Made by a program: the position numbers and the translations under genes
Notes under the pieces: model-generated
What the model was told of the DNA's origin: nothing
Databases searched by the model: none
What the model saw: the letters and a program-made list of their open reading frames with translations, nothing else
Part shown: one piece after another, positions 1-13,778 of the stretch
How the letters are laid out: every line of letters begins with the position of its first letter
How positions within the stretch are numbered: the first letter of the stretch is position 1
DNA from: Octopus sinensis
Taxonomy: Eukaryota
Length of the DNA: 64,000 bases
Assembly (NCBI RefSeq): GCF_006345805.1
Contig: NC_042997.1
Coordinates: 86,676,001-86,740,000 of the forward strand
Direction: 5' to 3'

Positions 1-661
1 GGTTTTTAAAAAAAAAAAAACACTATTAGAAAAGCTTATTTCATTGATGATAATGTTTCCAAATGAGTGAGTGTACCCTCTCACTTTTCTTCATCAGAGT
101 AAACATATTACTTCTTCTATTTCGATGTGTTCATAAAACCTTTAGTTTACCTTCCAACAAGCATAGCAATTTGCACCCATTGCACAGTTATACTAGCAAC
201 CTTAACCCAATGCATGACACTTGCAATCTACTCATTGCAAACTTTCAGCAGCTATATTAATTTTTGCAAGTACACACACACACACACACATTACCAGCAT
301 CATGGCAAAGATGTAAAATGATATATGTATTTATATATCTGTGTATGTGTGTTAACAAAACGAACTGTTAAAGATTGGTTGTTGAAATGAGAAGAATCTG
401 GGAAGGTTAGTTATTTTTTAAGGCAGGTAGTTAATTTAATGCTATGTAGGTACCAGGTTGCTAACGCCATGTTTACCTGTGTGATTCAACAGATGCAAGT
501 TGCTAATGTGTAGCAACAGGTATCATATAAAGAATACTGGGTAGAAGTAGGGGCTGTTGGTGGTGTTTTATGTGTGTGGAGGGGGATACTATACTTGTTG
601 ACTGTTAAGCTAAGATTTTTATGAAAATATATGTATATGTGAAAGTGTAAGGATAAAGACT

Positions 662-943
662 CCTTTCAGTCATGAATGACAATGGGATTGCACCTAGAAA
701 GTTCACCTCTGTGGCACAAGTCCAGGCAAGGTTGTTTATGGAAGACCAGCAGATGCCCATGCATACTAACCTCCCCGCTCCATGCCACCAATGTTATCCA
801 AGGGAAAAGCAAAGGACAATACAGCTTGGCACCAGTGATGTCACAACTCATTTCTACAGCTGAGTAAACAGCAGCAATGTGAAATAAAGTGTCTTGCTCA
901 AGAACAAAACACACAGCCTGGTCAGGGAATTGAACTCACTACG
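662..943 (-). mobile_element. tRNA-derived SINE, family A
   Basis: B-box-like GAGTTCAATTCC on the minus strand, then core ttgagcaagacactttatttcacattgct. Colinear with the copy at 36372-36672. Confidence 0.75.
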
Positions 944-1569
944 TCAGTAGCAGTCAACCATGCAGGGGGCAGCTTTATTTTATGTTTTGTTCAAAGACAG
1001 AACAACACAATGACAGCACTGAGATTTGAACTTCTGACCATGTGGTCAAAAGTCAGTCACCATCACAGACTTACACATTTTTTTTCTATAAACAAAGACA
1101 ACATTCACTATGTACTGCAGAGAACAGTATACAGGATGAATGTAAATGGAACTAAAGTGCAAGATATCTCATATGTTTGAAGCGAGGGTTACTTTCAAAC
1201 TTTTGATTGGTTACCTCTACTTGATAACTTGTCATCATCATCAATAAATTAAAATCAGAAGTGAAATGTCATTGTTTCAACAGAAGAAATGTAACTATGG
1301 GATAAAGTGATGTGAAAAATGTCTTTATGCAATGTCCCAGATTCTAGTTAATTATGAAAACTTAACAAAAACATGTGACTATTCTTTTTCCCAAGACTGG
1401 GCTCTCATAGGAGCTATAAAGGTTATAGATTACTTTAGGAATATCAACTGAAGTAATGCACAAATACCATTATTGTATCTTCAAAAATACTCTATAAGTG
1501 CTTGACTGAAAGCATAGTTTGAAGAATATTTTAACACGCTTATTCAATGAATAAGGAAATCCATTCCAA

Positions 1570-1752
1570 CTTAATTCTTTAGCATTCAGATTACAGTCAA
1601 ATATAATGCTTATTTATTCATACTGTTTTGAATTAATCATGCATTATCTTGAGGCTTCAAGATTTCAATGATGTGATAGTTTATTTTTACTATGACATTG
1701 TAGTGTAGGTATGAGATGTTGGATAAGGTCAGTTTAAATGCTAAAGGTTTAA
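1570..1752. mobile_element. piggyBac-type MITE (TTAA-CCCTTTAGCATT family); further copies at ~3836-4124 and ~15200-15692
   Basis: Ends ttaa(tt)ctttagcatt / aatgctaaagg(t)ttaa form TIRs flanked by TTAA. The three copies share internal sequence (tgtcaaatgtaatgcttatttattca...gaattaatcatgcattatc). Confidence 0.6.
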
Positions 1753-2319
1753 ACACACACAAAGACAAAAGTTTATGAATCAGATGACACACAAAAGTGA
1801 CAAAATACAGGAAGTAAACAATGACAGCCAGCAACAGAAGAAAAATGTCTATACAAGTTGCCATAAAACAATTCTGGATTCTGTAGTGCTCAGTGAGTAA
1901 GAAATGAGTCACCTACATAAAAATCAAGCAAGCTTACTGTAAGTAATAGAGAAGATCTGATATCAGTTCTGCATAGTTAGGTGAATTGAAATACTAAATG
2001 TTGTTCTTAGAACTTTTGAAATTCATAATTTTTCAAGAAGGCATTTCATTATGGTAATGCTAATTTGTTTTCACTGTGATGGTTGTTAGATAAATATTAA
2101 ATACCATAGAGTTGGTCTTTATTTCAGTTATCCTGAATAGGAGATTGGTCAGTGAGAGGTAACTTTTCCTCACAACATGAACTGAAAATACTGCAAGCTA
2201 GCAAAATACTTATTAATTCTAATGTGTTGTTACTGCTTACAGTAATGAATTAGAGACTAAAATACTTATATACTTAAAGTTATGTGGACTTGGTTGTTGT
2301 TTGTTAAATGCCTTGCCCA

Positions 2320-3050
2320 TATCCCCAATGTAGTGTCAGTAAAGGGTATGAAACAGCGATCACTTGTCTGGTACCTTACCACTTGGCCATTTACAGCTCT
2401 TTGGTGAGGAGATTGAAACTTATTTTCAGACTAGCTAAAGCTAGCTAAGAAGGAAAAGTACTCTAAAACAGCCTGCCTCAGAAGCAACTAGGACATAAAT
2501 ACTCTATATGCTACTATTCAAATCAAACAGCACACTTAAATAACTGAGTTCTTTGAAAAAGTCTACATGCATTTAAAATTTAAACAGCTCCTAAAATGGA
2601 GTTTATGGTAAATGGCTAATTTGAACTTATGCAGGAAGACATTAAACAAAAATGTCTTGCACAGCTATGAATTGCTATTATCTATGCTCAAACTGAGGTA
2701 GAAGAAGATAGAAACAAACCAATAAAGTTTGGAGTACAAAACAGATCAATAAATGTTGAACATAAGTTCTAAAGAATAATGGAGCATTTGCTGCCTTCTG
2801 GAATAGTTTTACAGACCTTAGAGCAGCATACAATCGGTTTAACTGCAACATGCCATTTAAGAAGCCTAATATTGGAAAATGTGTTCTCATGCAGATAGGA
2901 CATTTCAAAGCATTCAGAAAATGTAACAAGCAAGTTGAAGTGTGTAAGCTCATGTGAATTAGCAGCTGTATAATATTTAATGTCTTCTACTATACTTAAG
3001 GCATTGATGCTGAAGATTGTTAGGGAAATTCTATTTATGGAACAAAGTAA
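2320..3050 (+). mobile_element. Highly decayed LINE 5' part (RTE-like UTR and APE endonuclease remnant)
   Basis: gctattatctatgctcaaactgaggtagaagaagat reads as IIYAQTEVEED, resembling the APE motif YAPT..EE. Many stops. Confidence 0.3.
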
Positions 3051-3116
3051 AAAAGAAAACTACATAATCAGCTAGGTATTGAGTAATTTTAGAATAATGA
3101 ACAGATAAAATAATCC

Positions 3117-3154
<38 letters not shown>

Positions 3155-4168
3155 TGTGTGTGTCAGCCAACCAACCCTAGAGCTGGTTTAAATATCTTCA
3201 ATCTATAACCTCACTAATTCACATACTGATTACCAACCATTTTTCTTTTGCTATTTATTTAAATGTTCTTTTATTTTTTATGACATATATGGCTCCATGT
3301 TAGTGTTCTTTAGCTTCTCTTAATCATTATAGTTAACATCATGTTGGGGCACTCCCTTCAAAAGGGTATATGGGAGCAGCTGATTACAGGTAAATACACT
3401 TAAAACCACTATCAACTTTTCAGCAGTAGTAATAATAGTAAGAGTAGTAGTATTTAGCAATTACAGTAATTGCATCTATCTTCAGCTAGGTAGGAGATAG
3501 ATGCTACCACCATGTGGTCTGCGGATACAGTATTTTGATGTGATCCATGTGATAAGATTTGAATATATTTGCTATGAATTAAGACTTCATTTCATAATTT
3601 CTTAAAAAGCAAAACTAAGAAAGCTTGCAAAAATCTGATGAACTAAAATAGTAAAACATTTCCTTATCAGTTCTAAATCAAACACAGCATCAGATAAAAC
3701 CTGTATGCCAGTTAGTAGCAAGTACAGAAGTCATGAATATTTTATTAAAGGAATAAACTAAAGAATTGTCTTTCGATATTTATGTTCTTAGATATATTAG
3801 AAGATTAATAAATGAATAAATAAAACCTGTTATATTTAACTCTTTTGTGACTACATTTAATGAGCAGACAGCTTGTACATTTCAATAAATTTTCAATCAT
3901 GTTAGAAGATTTTGGTCAGATTACTATGTCAAATGTAATGCTTATTTATTCATGTTATATTGAATTAATCAAGCATTATCTTGTAGCTTCAAGATTTCTA
4001 TGATGTGATTATTTTTAGAATGACATTATAGGATAGGTGTGAGAAGATAGATCTGGCTAGTTTGAACATAAAACAGATGGAATATATGGTGTGGACATGG
4101 CCAGTGTAAGTGCTAAAGGGCTAAATATGAACACTTTAGTTTGAGTGGTCTCTTGGCAACAACAAAAC

Positions 4169-4870
4169 AGCCAATTACAACGAAATTGTTGTAAAAAATG
4201 ATCTGGTCTTTTCATTCTCTGGGATGCAATATGAGCATCAAGATACATCTTTTCTTCAATCACTTGGATCAATTTCTACAAAATTTGGGCAACATCAGTG
4301 ATAAGCATGGAGAAGATTCCATTAAAATATGAGGGTAATAGAGGAGAGATACCAAGGGGTATGGATGTGAATATGATCGCTGATTACTGTTCAAATATAA
4401 TAAGGACCACCCAATGTTAAAACATTTCAAGGATGTCTAAGAAACAGGGATTCCTTCCTTTATAATGACATTTGACAATTTTTGGGGGGATATGTTATAT
4501 GCATATAATTTGCAGATTTTGTTGTTTAATTCTGTATCAATAGAACAAAACGATCCTAGGCCTCCTTTTGCATTTTCTCATCACAGGCAAAAAGAATCCC
4601 CATTTCTGTTTGAAATATTACTACAATTAAATTATCTATGCACAAAATCAGATATATTCATGATTTTACTATACTTTATACAAGCGAAGGGTGATAATGA
4701 AGCATTTTTTACACTTTGGCCCACTGTTCCAAAGTCAGACCAGGACATAAAATCAAGGAAAACTACATTCTTTAAGAAAAATCAAATAGCGTGTATATGA
4801 TTGATGAAAACAAACAGCATATCTGGATTCAGCTTGAAAGAGTGCTTCAGAAACAATTGGCTATTCAACA
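4169..4870 (+). mobile_element. Chapaev-like (CMC) DNA transposon 3' remnant
   Basis: The frameshifted translation NYNEIV..FHSLGCNMSIKIHLFFNHLDQFLQNLGNISDKHGE..RYQG..MIADYC matches the motif MSLKIHFLHSHLDFFPENLGAVSDEHGERFHQD..RYQG..MLADYC. The superfamily label is from memory. Confidence 0.65.
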
Positions 4871-5582
4871 GAAACATTTCCATCTCCAGATTCCATAGGC
4901 CTTTATTTAACATATGGTAGTCTGGACTTTACTATGGTCTTCATTCAAAAGGAAAGTACCACTGGGAAGTTTTCAAATATCTTTAGTGTGAACTTATTTT
5001 GAATCATAAATCTTAATACAGTTCTCAATTCACTTCATGATTAAAGGACTTTAGCATTCAATAGCGAAACACCAGTTTCAAACATCCATATTAAAGTCCA
5101 CAGTTTTAGAATCAATACTTTCATAGATAAAATGTAAACAATATTACATACTTACACACAAGCACATGTAGAATAGAACAGTTCAAGAAATTTCAATAAA
5201 ATGATTTATCCTATAAGCTATATCAATGACAAAGGTCTATTGTAGAAGTAGCTAACAAGTTATTTGACAACAATTCACAGCTTTATAAAGAGAATTTAAA
5301 TGGTGGCTATACATTTCTGAAGAGAATGGCTCAGCATAATTGCCTTATAGCAAGACAAACACACTGATTTTAACAATTTTTTAGTGGTAAAAAAACAAAA
5401 ACAAAAAAAAAAACCCACACTGGAAGTACTGGAAGCTGCACATCTAAAAACTCTGAATAGAACTGATGACAGAATGCAGAGGACTTCGATCTTGCCAGTC
5501 AGCATCTCTAATGCCAGTAGTATGATAAAATGTACTCAGACCATGCTGTGAAGTGATTAGTGACAGGACAGGTATCTAATTG

Positions 5583-6012
5583 TATCTTTTATTCGTTTCA
5601 GACATTAGACTGTGACCATACTGGGGCACTGCCTTGAAAGGTTTAGTCCAATAAATCAGTCCTAGTACTTAAATACACACACATGGCAGATTTCTACAGC
5701 TTCTGTCTACTGATTTCACTCACAAGGTATTAAATCCAGGGTTGAAGTAGAAGATACTTGCTCAAAGTGCTCCACAGTAAGACTGATCCTGAAATCATGT
5801 GGCTGCAAAGCAAGCTTCTTAGCAAACAGCCATATTTGGGTATATTCTTTTATTCTTCTTTATATTTTTACTTGTTTCAGTCATTTGACTGCAGCCATGC
5901 TGGAGCACCGCCTTTAGTCGAGCAAATCAACCCCAGAGCTTATTCTTTGGAAGCCTAGTACTTATTCTATTGGTCTCTTTTGCTCAACCGCTAAGTGACG
6001 GGGATGTAAACA
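5583..6012 (-). mobile_element. Two adjacent family C SINE copies/fragments
   Basis: ttcttttattc..acttgtttcagtcatttgactgcagccatgctggagcaccgcc..aagcctagtacttattctattggtctc is shared with other family C copies. Confidence 0.6.
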
Positions 6013-6139
6013 AGCTATTAGCATCTAACAAAGAACATTAAGAATGAACTTAAAATATATTAAAAAGCAAAAATTCATAAATACCTATCAGAAGGAAAGG
6101 AAACATACTGAAGGATTATTGACAGGCTATATTCTCTTT

Positions 6140-6660
6140 TAGGTTAATTTCTATTGTTGTTTGGCATGGTTTCTATGGTTGGATGCTCTTCCCAAATCCA
6201 AATGACGTCTTTACAGTATGTACTGGGTGCCTTTTTTTGTACCACTATCACTAGGTTGCCATGCAGCTTACAAAACTATGAACCCTAGGATGGGGTGGTG
6301 ATAATGTTATTCTAAGAGAATGAGTAGAGAAGGGTGAAGTATGAGAAAAGGGCCAGAGCAAAACAGGTTTCTTGCTGTAGAGGAACTACATGACTACTCA
6401 CATTTTACAAGAGAGGGTGGGGGTGATCAGGTGAAGCTAAACACTAATAAAAAAAAATAGTAGTGATGAGGTGTCAGGGTGGACCTTCAAGGTATAAAAT
6501 GGGTAGGAATGAGTGGGACAGATAAGCTAGAAGTGGGTGGAGTAGGGGATGTCTGAAAGTGTGGAGCAACAGAATAGAAATGATGATACAGTATACAAGA
6601 CAATGAAAGAGAGATGAGATGCTGTCGGATAAGTTGCTAGAGAGGACAGGGAAGAGTGAG
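6140..6660 (-). mobile_element. Old RTE 3'-UTR fragment with purine-rich (plus-strand) tract
   Basis: Tail motif ttggcatggtttctatggttggatgc is homologous to the RTE tail at ~48690-48730. Motif gaacaggtttcttgctgtagagg is shared with ~38090 and ~44730. Confidence 0.5.
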
Positions 6661-7909
6661 GCTGCAGTGCTGCAAATCTTTCCTAACACTACATTTACTT
6701 GAGACAATCTACCAATCTATGCTGTGCATCTACAACAAAAACAAAACAGCAGCAGCATCTGAGAAAACTAGGAATGGTCTGTGTCAACAAGAACTAAAAA
6801 TGAATTGTGATATAAAATGGAAGGCCCTGCTCAAAACATCACCACTTACCTCTCCACATGGTACATGAACTGATGTGTGTCTATTTAAAATATTACTTAT
6901 ATTACCAAGTCATCACAATATTGGGTTTATAAATAAAATCCATTTTGAATATATATACACACACATATATATTAATCTTTACTTCTGATACTTTTAGAAT
7001 TTTATAAATTGAGAAATCACTTCTACTGATTCTACTTGTTATTCCAGAATAACAAACATTAAAAGTGGCTATATGGAAAGAACAGCAATAAACCAAAATA
7101 ATTCAGTACAGATAGCAAACTGTCACATTTTTCAAGGTAACTGATGTTATTTTTATATCTTAATGACTTAAGTAATCTCTAGCCAATGAAGATATGGAAG
7201 AAATAATACTAATACTAAAAACAACAATAATAAAATTAACTTTTCCTTTCAAAATTTAATATCAATTGCTTAGGCTTTTATATTAAAACCATTTCTGACA
7301 GATTTAAATTAGAATGTTTTAATAAAAATTGTGTTATTTTCCTTCAGATGAGAGCTTTTAAACGATACAATTATTATTTTAATCGGAGAGTTCCAAGTTA
7401 AAAGTAAAAAGATAATGCTGGCAACCATAATTATTAGTCTAGATAAGCTGAAGTTATATTTAGTTCATATTTAGCAACAAGTACTGCATTGTACTCCAGG
7501 AAGATAAAGCTTACCCTCTTTCCTGAAGTACAAAGTTAGCAAGTAATATCTGCATAGTGGTGTTGTAGTTTAGAGCCTAGTCAGCCCTGATGGAGCAGAT
7601 CAATGATTAAAAACATTCAAGAGGAAATATCTTGCAAAAATGGGTCCTGATTGGAACTGCTTGATAGATCACCCATGAAAACCAAGGAATATACTGACAA
7701 ATGGTGAATGCAACAAAATGCTGCAATGGCACGTGCCCTCACACCCGCTCTGAGTATATTATAACCAGTGGTTCTCAATGTATCATAGATTCTTTCAAAA
7801 AAATAAGTAAAGGATTTATATTTTAAAGCTTCAGTATCTTGAAAAATATGTTATTATTTTGTTATACACAAACATGATTAATAATATAAGTTTATCAATA
7901 GTTTGCTAT

Positions 7910-8145
7910 ATGAGGTGGTATCAAAAAGTTCCCAAACCAGTTGCATTTAATAAAAATAACTTATTTACGTAAGTTTTAACATCACCTTTGAAATAGTTAT
8001 ATTGCACAGCAATACACCAGTCACAGTATTCCTGACACTTTTGGAATCCAGTCTAGAAGTAATTTTCCATAAGCAAGTTAAAGACCGTCTGTGATTTGCT
8101 CTGAATCTTGACAATTGTTTTAAAATGGCAACCTTTGACCTACAT
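7910..8145. mobile_element. mariner-type MITE/fragment
   Basis: Begins TA-tgaggtggtatcaaaaagttccc, a mariner-like TIR start. The interior is degenerate. Confidence 0.4.
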
Positions 8146-8443
8146 ATATATGTTTATACAGAAGAAACGAGGAACAACAAATCCACATCCCTAGATACCT
8201 GCTTAATCACAAAGAGATTAAATTATATTGTATTGTCTACCTTGTGCACAGGATAGTTTGAGTAAAGTTCAGAGAATCTATAGGAGATATAAGATTAGAA
8301 GTGTATCCAAAAGTAACACCAGACTTCACATATTCACAAATTTAAACCTAGAAGGTGCATCTGTAAGTTCCTACATATATTTGAGGAAGATCTGAATGTG
8401 TTAATGAGAAACAAAAGTTTTAAGAATGACTGAACATATAAGT

Positions 8444-8806
8444 GCAGGCATGGTTGTGAGGTTAAGAAGCTTGCTATGCAACCATGTGGTTTTAGGTTCA
8501 GTCCCACTGTGTGGCACCTTGAGCAAGTTCTACTATAGCTCTGGACTAACCAATGTTATGTGAATGAATGTAGCAGACAGATAGTGTAAGGAAGCCCACT
8601 GTGTGTGTGTGTGTGTGAGTATTCTTCCTTACTACTTGACAAATAGTATTGGTTTGTTTGCTTCCTTGAAACATAGCGGTTTGGCAAAAGAGAGAAATGG
8701 AATAAGTACCAGACTCAAATTCTGGGTTCAACTTTTTGACTAAACCCTTTAAGGCGGTGCCCCAGCATGGTCACAGCCCAATGACTGAAATAAGTAAAAA
8801 GAAAGG
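8444..8806 (+). mobile_element. Full-length family C SINE with internal (GT)n
   Basis: tRNA-like head (tggttgtgaggttaagaagcttgc...ggttcagtcccac), core ccttgagcaag, internal (GT)n, and tail gcggtgccccagcatggtcacag..tgactgaaataagtaaaag. Confidence 0.7.
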
Positions 8807-9599
8807 ATATATAGTGCAAGAAAGGAAAATGTACAACAATGAAATAGAATTTCTGAAACAGTGGAAACTTGAAAAACTATTAATTAAAGAAATAGTACAT
8901 ATGTTTTCCTATAACTCAATCAGTAATCCTTGTACTAACATCAGCTTAATTTTTCAAGTCAGTGTAAGATACAGAAGTATAAATTAATATATCTGAATTG
9001 TGTATGTGTGTGTATATTTATAATCTAAGTGTGTAGATTGCTGAGTGGAAAGAGAACAGGAAAATTATGAGGTCAGCTGTCCATAACCTGTCACTATCGA
9101 AGCTTTGTGTCCTTGGCATGACAGTTGACCTCTCAAATTGTTCAGTTCATTTAGCTTAAAATATTTACTGCAAGGTAGGAAGAATTTTTTGCTAATATAG
9201 GAAGTTGCACTGTAAAATCAATAAGCAGTTTGTCATCTTGTTGTGCCAAGTTCAATTCCTCTTGTGGTTACAGCTGGCATATGACCTAGTTTCTACTGTT
9301 CTCATTTATTATAAGTCAATAAAGTTATTCATTTACTTATTTCATATTGCAACTTGTGAAAAAATTAGTTTAGTGTCATTGATTATAAATTCCTAATGAG
9401 TCAATCATGGAGGAGTTTAAGACTGGCTGACTGTGGGAACTCCTATTCACTGGTGACTTGGATCTTATAGTAGAACCTGTAGGAGATCTGAAGACGAAAA
9501 TTTTAGATATGAAAGTAAAGCCTGGAACTAAAAAGTCTTAAACTAAACTTAGCAAAAGACTAAAGTTTTGTGACAAAAGAAAGTGGACAGGATCTGGCA

Positions 9600-10750
9600 A
9601 CTATCAGGAAAACAACTGTGTTCAGTTACCAAGGAGACCAAGTCAGTTTTGGGGGTGGATGCTCTGAAAGTGTAGCTGCTAGAATAAGGATAGCCTGGGC
9701 AAAATCCAGAGAGCTCCTACCTCTGCTGGTGACAAAGAGCCTCTCACTCAGAGTAAAAGGTAGACTGTATGACGCATGTGTACGAACAACCATGATACAT
9801 GGCAGTGAAACACAGGCCGTTTGTATGAATGAAAGAGTACAAATGAACTGAAATAAAAGCTGGATATAAGAAGAGTGATTTAATATGCAAAAGAAAAGAC
9901 TGTGTCAGCAGGTACATGAGGTGTATAAAAAAAGCACCAAGCATTAAAAATGGATGAAACCTATGGAAGGGGGAAATCTACAAAGATATGAGCTAAATGA
10001 CTGCAATGATCGGCAATACGCAGCAGTGGCAAAGAGAACTTACATGCATGTAGCACTAGTAAAGAGAACACTTATACAAGCATAGCAAAAAGAACACTAA
10101 GTCTGGTGTAGTGACGGAGGCTAGGATATTCTCACATCCCCTTCCATATCTGTGACATCCTGCCTCTCTTTCACCAACCCTCTCCCCACACACTACCAAA
10201 TCTATCTTTTTATCATGCACTCCCACAAACACCATTCACAATCACTCTATCCTGTCATCCATGTGGGATAGCATGGGATCTCCCTCTACTCAACCCATCA
10301 CATCATTCTTAATATTCTACTGCCCTCTCTCTTCCACTAACCCTTGGCACAACTGTTTCCTTTCCATTACTCACCAGCATTGTGCCCTGTTATCTATGTC
10401 ACCCTTCCACATTTTCTTTTCTCCCATCATATGTTTTGCTCTCATTATCTCACTATACATTCAGCTTATGTCATCATACCAACCTTCCTTCTATTCTTCC
10501 CCTCAGAGGATGTGGGGAGCTCTTTAGTATAGTTAGTTAGAGACTGTGCTGGTACTACAATAAAATGCACTTAGTGTGATCTGTAAAGTAATTTGTGTTA
10601 GAAAGGGCATCAAGCAGTAGAAACTATGCCAAAACTGGGATGTGCAAGCAAGATGTGATCCTCCAGACCTGTCTAAGAGGCTCTAACTCAGGCTATGATA
10701 ATCTGCTCAACATATAGCAGCATATAAAAATGGACATACAATGATGATAT
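9600..10750 (+). mobile_element. Old RTE LINE 3' fragment
   Basis: GDQVSFGGGCSESVAARIRIAWAKSRELLPLLVTKSLSLRVKGRLYDACVRTTMIHGSET is clearly homologous to 47680-47860. It is followed by a C-rich tract and an RTE tail ending in atgatgat. Confidence 0.75.
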
Positions 10751-11840
10751 ATTTACTATATGCAGGCACATATATACATGATGGGTTTCAATACAGTTTC
10801 CATTTAATTCCCTTCACAGGATATTGGTCAGCCCAAGATCATGGCAGAAGACACAAACACCAGTATATAAAATGGACATAAAATGATATATGTATACACA
10901 CACGCACAATATGATGGGCTCCCCCACAGTTTCCATCAACCTAATTCCCAACATAGGACATTGGTCAGCTCAAGGTTATGGTAGAAAACCTACTCAAGGT
11001 ACAATACAGCAGAGTAAACCTGGATGGAATTGGATTTTCAGTAACTTGCAAAACAAAATGCTGCTATGACTTGTATCATTACATTCAATAATTAAAATCT
11101 ATCTATTTCTAATAATGATTGCTGTTGACAATGTAGGGTTTGGCACAGTCCTATCAAACCACCAAACTCATGCCAGTATGGAAAACAAATGTATGATGAT
11201 GATCATACGTATAGCCCCAGGTTAGTGCTAGACCTATGACTCTCAATTGGCCAAATGACAAAGTGCAATCCACACATCTACAGCTCCAGTTTAGCCAAGC
11301 TATCTAATAATGCATTTTTAACAAAAGCAGAGTAGGTTACACAGGGGGTAAGTATGTAGGTATATATGTACAAGGGAGTTAGTGACCTAAAGTCTGGAAA
11401 CCGCTGATAATACTCACTCACGTACAAATTTTATTCATGTTTTCAAGTGATCAATAAATTTTGGGCTGGTTTTCAAATAGTCATAAAAATTTCTGTACTC
11501 TGACATTCACCCCACCAAAAATGCATTTTTAATAGCAAAACAATATTTAAAAATGTATCTGCTTTACAGACCATTTGGGCAGTGCATTGTGTTCTTGAGC
11601 AAAATGATTGCTTTCAGGTTGATCTGCAATCACTTTGACCTTTGACATGTGGTACATCATACACCTATGCAGACAATGTTAATTTGTTGGAGATAGTAAG
11701 CTCATGAACTGTACAAACACTTGATGACTATAAACAAATCATCTGTGCAAATTGTTTAGCAAGAAATTGCAGAATCGTCTTTCTTGGTCTCAAGAGATTA
11801 TCAATAAATCAATGCCTATATATGTAAATATATATATATA

Positions 11841-12158
11841 ACTGGCACTCCATTGGCTGTGATGATGAGGGTTCCAGTTGATCCAATTGATGGAACAGCC
11901 AGCTGTGAAATTAACATGCATGTGACTGAGCACTCTACAGACACATGCACCCTTAATGTAGTTCCCAGGGAGACTGAGCATGACACAGAGTGCAACAAGT
12001 TTGGCCCATTGAAATACTACTCATTTTAGCCAGCTGAGTGAATTGGAGCAATGTGAAATAAAGTGTCTTGCTCAAGGACACAATGTGTAGCCAGGAATTG
12101 AACTCCCGACCTTACAATCATGAGCCAAATACCCTAACCATTAAGCCACATGTCTTCA
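11841..12158 (-). mobile_element. tRNA-derived SINE, family B
   Basis: Reverse-complement homolog of 51177-51502, with A box tggcttaatgg and B box gagttcaattcc. Confidence 0.75.
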
Positions 12159-12229
12159 TATGTATGTATGTGTGTGTGTGTGTGTGCTGTTAACACATGT
12201 GAAACACCTGTATGGTGGTACCAGTGTCG

Positions 12230-12435
12230 GTGATAAGTTAAAGGCATCAGTGCTGGTGACACATTAAAGACACCCAGAACATTCTGTGGAATGGTTGATG
12301 TTCGGAAAGGCATCCAGGCATAGAAACCAAATCAAAACGGACTGGAGCCTGGTGTAGTACTCCGGCTTACCAGTTCCAGTCAAACTCTGATACCAGCATG
12401 GAAAACGGATGCTAAATGATAATGATGATGGTGAT
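12230..12435 (+). mobile_element. RTE 3'-tail fragment
   Basis: gtgctggtgacac..ggaaaggcatccaggcatagaaac..ccagcatggaaaacggatgctaaatgataatgatgatg matches the tail at 48645-48843. Confidence 0.65.
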
Positions 12436-13359
12436 ATATATATATGAGAGAGAAGCAAGTTATGGATAGATAACTGTAAAAGCTATTAAATTGTGAAAAT
12501 CTTAGGCACTTCAATATTATTAATAAATTTTACTCTATTGTATAGGGTTCGCACACATTCGGAAATGACACACTAGATAAAATGGGATTAGTCATCTGTT
12601 CACATCTAACACAACAATATTCATTGTGACAATGACAGACTAGTAACAAAAGAATTTAGATTAGCTATGTCAGTGGAGCATTACTGCATTATTTCTGTAA
12701 AGAACTCATTAGCTGCAAAAAAACCCACTAACAGAAATAAATCGTGTCATTATATAGAATTATAACATTCCACATATCTATCTTTCTCACTCACTGTTTC
12801 TGTGTTTATTATAATGTAAGGGGAATAATTCTTTAGTCTATTTAAACAGGGAAGTGCCCCACCACCCATGAACAAATTATTTGATTACTAAAATGAAAAA
12901 AAAAGTAACCTTAGACATTTTAATATTTGATCTTTCCTAAACTTCATTGTTGTTGTTAATTAGCTCTAGGTGAGTTCTGATTGAGTAATTCTGTGATTAA
13001 AAGCCATATCAATTCCATATTTTCAAACAGTTTTTCTCACTATCCAATGCTCTTTACATTTTTTTTTTTTAAAGATGGCAGAGATTTGGATGTTATTTAT
13101 AAGAGATTGAAGAACCAGGTGGAAGCTCCAATGTTTTATTACATGTATGGAAATACGATGTAGAATAAACTATTCAAACCTTAGAAAACAAAGTAACTAT
13201 AAAGAAAATTAATCACACATTGACGTAAAAAGCACACAGTACACTCTGTAAAGTAGGCTTTATTGTACTTCACTTTACCTTTCATTTTCCCTGTCTATAA
13301 AGTAATATAAAGTTACTTGACTATATGCTCCCCTTACAAAAACAGCCTTATGCTTATAA

Positions 13360-13630
13360 GAAGTCAATATCATAACAACAAAACAAATGCAGTTTGGTTA
13401 ACCAACATTAGACATATTTATCATGGAAACAATCAGGTGAGAATCCAGATGAGCCATAGCAATATTCAGCCTGGTCACTGATTTTCCAATATATACCGGA
13501 AACAGGACACCAAAACCTGTTTTCCAATAATTGCTGAATAAATGACAATCCTTTTCTCACACGTAAAGCAAAAAAAACCTATACATATGTGTACAGATCT
13601 ATGCATATATATATATACACACACACACAT

Positions 13631-13662
<32 letters not shown>

Positions 13663-13743
13663 TACCTTTAGTCAAGTTTAGTCGACAACTATAATTTTCC
13701 TTAATGGAAAAATTAATATTGCAAACAACTGTTTTTATTTATT

Positions 13744-13778
<35 letters not shown>

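Noticed and set aside
3634-3662. CTGATGA-ACTA-AAA-TAGT-AAAAC hammerhead-like string
   Set aside because: G12 is missing and there is no helix III or helix I. It is likely chance in AT-rich DNA.
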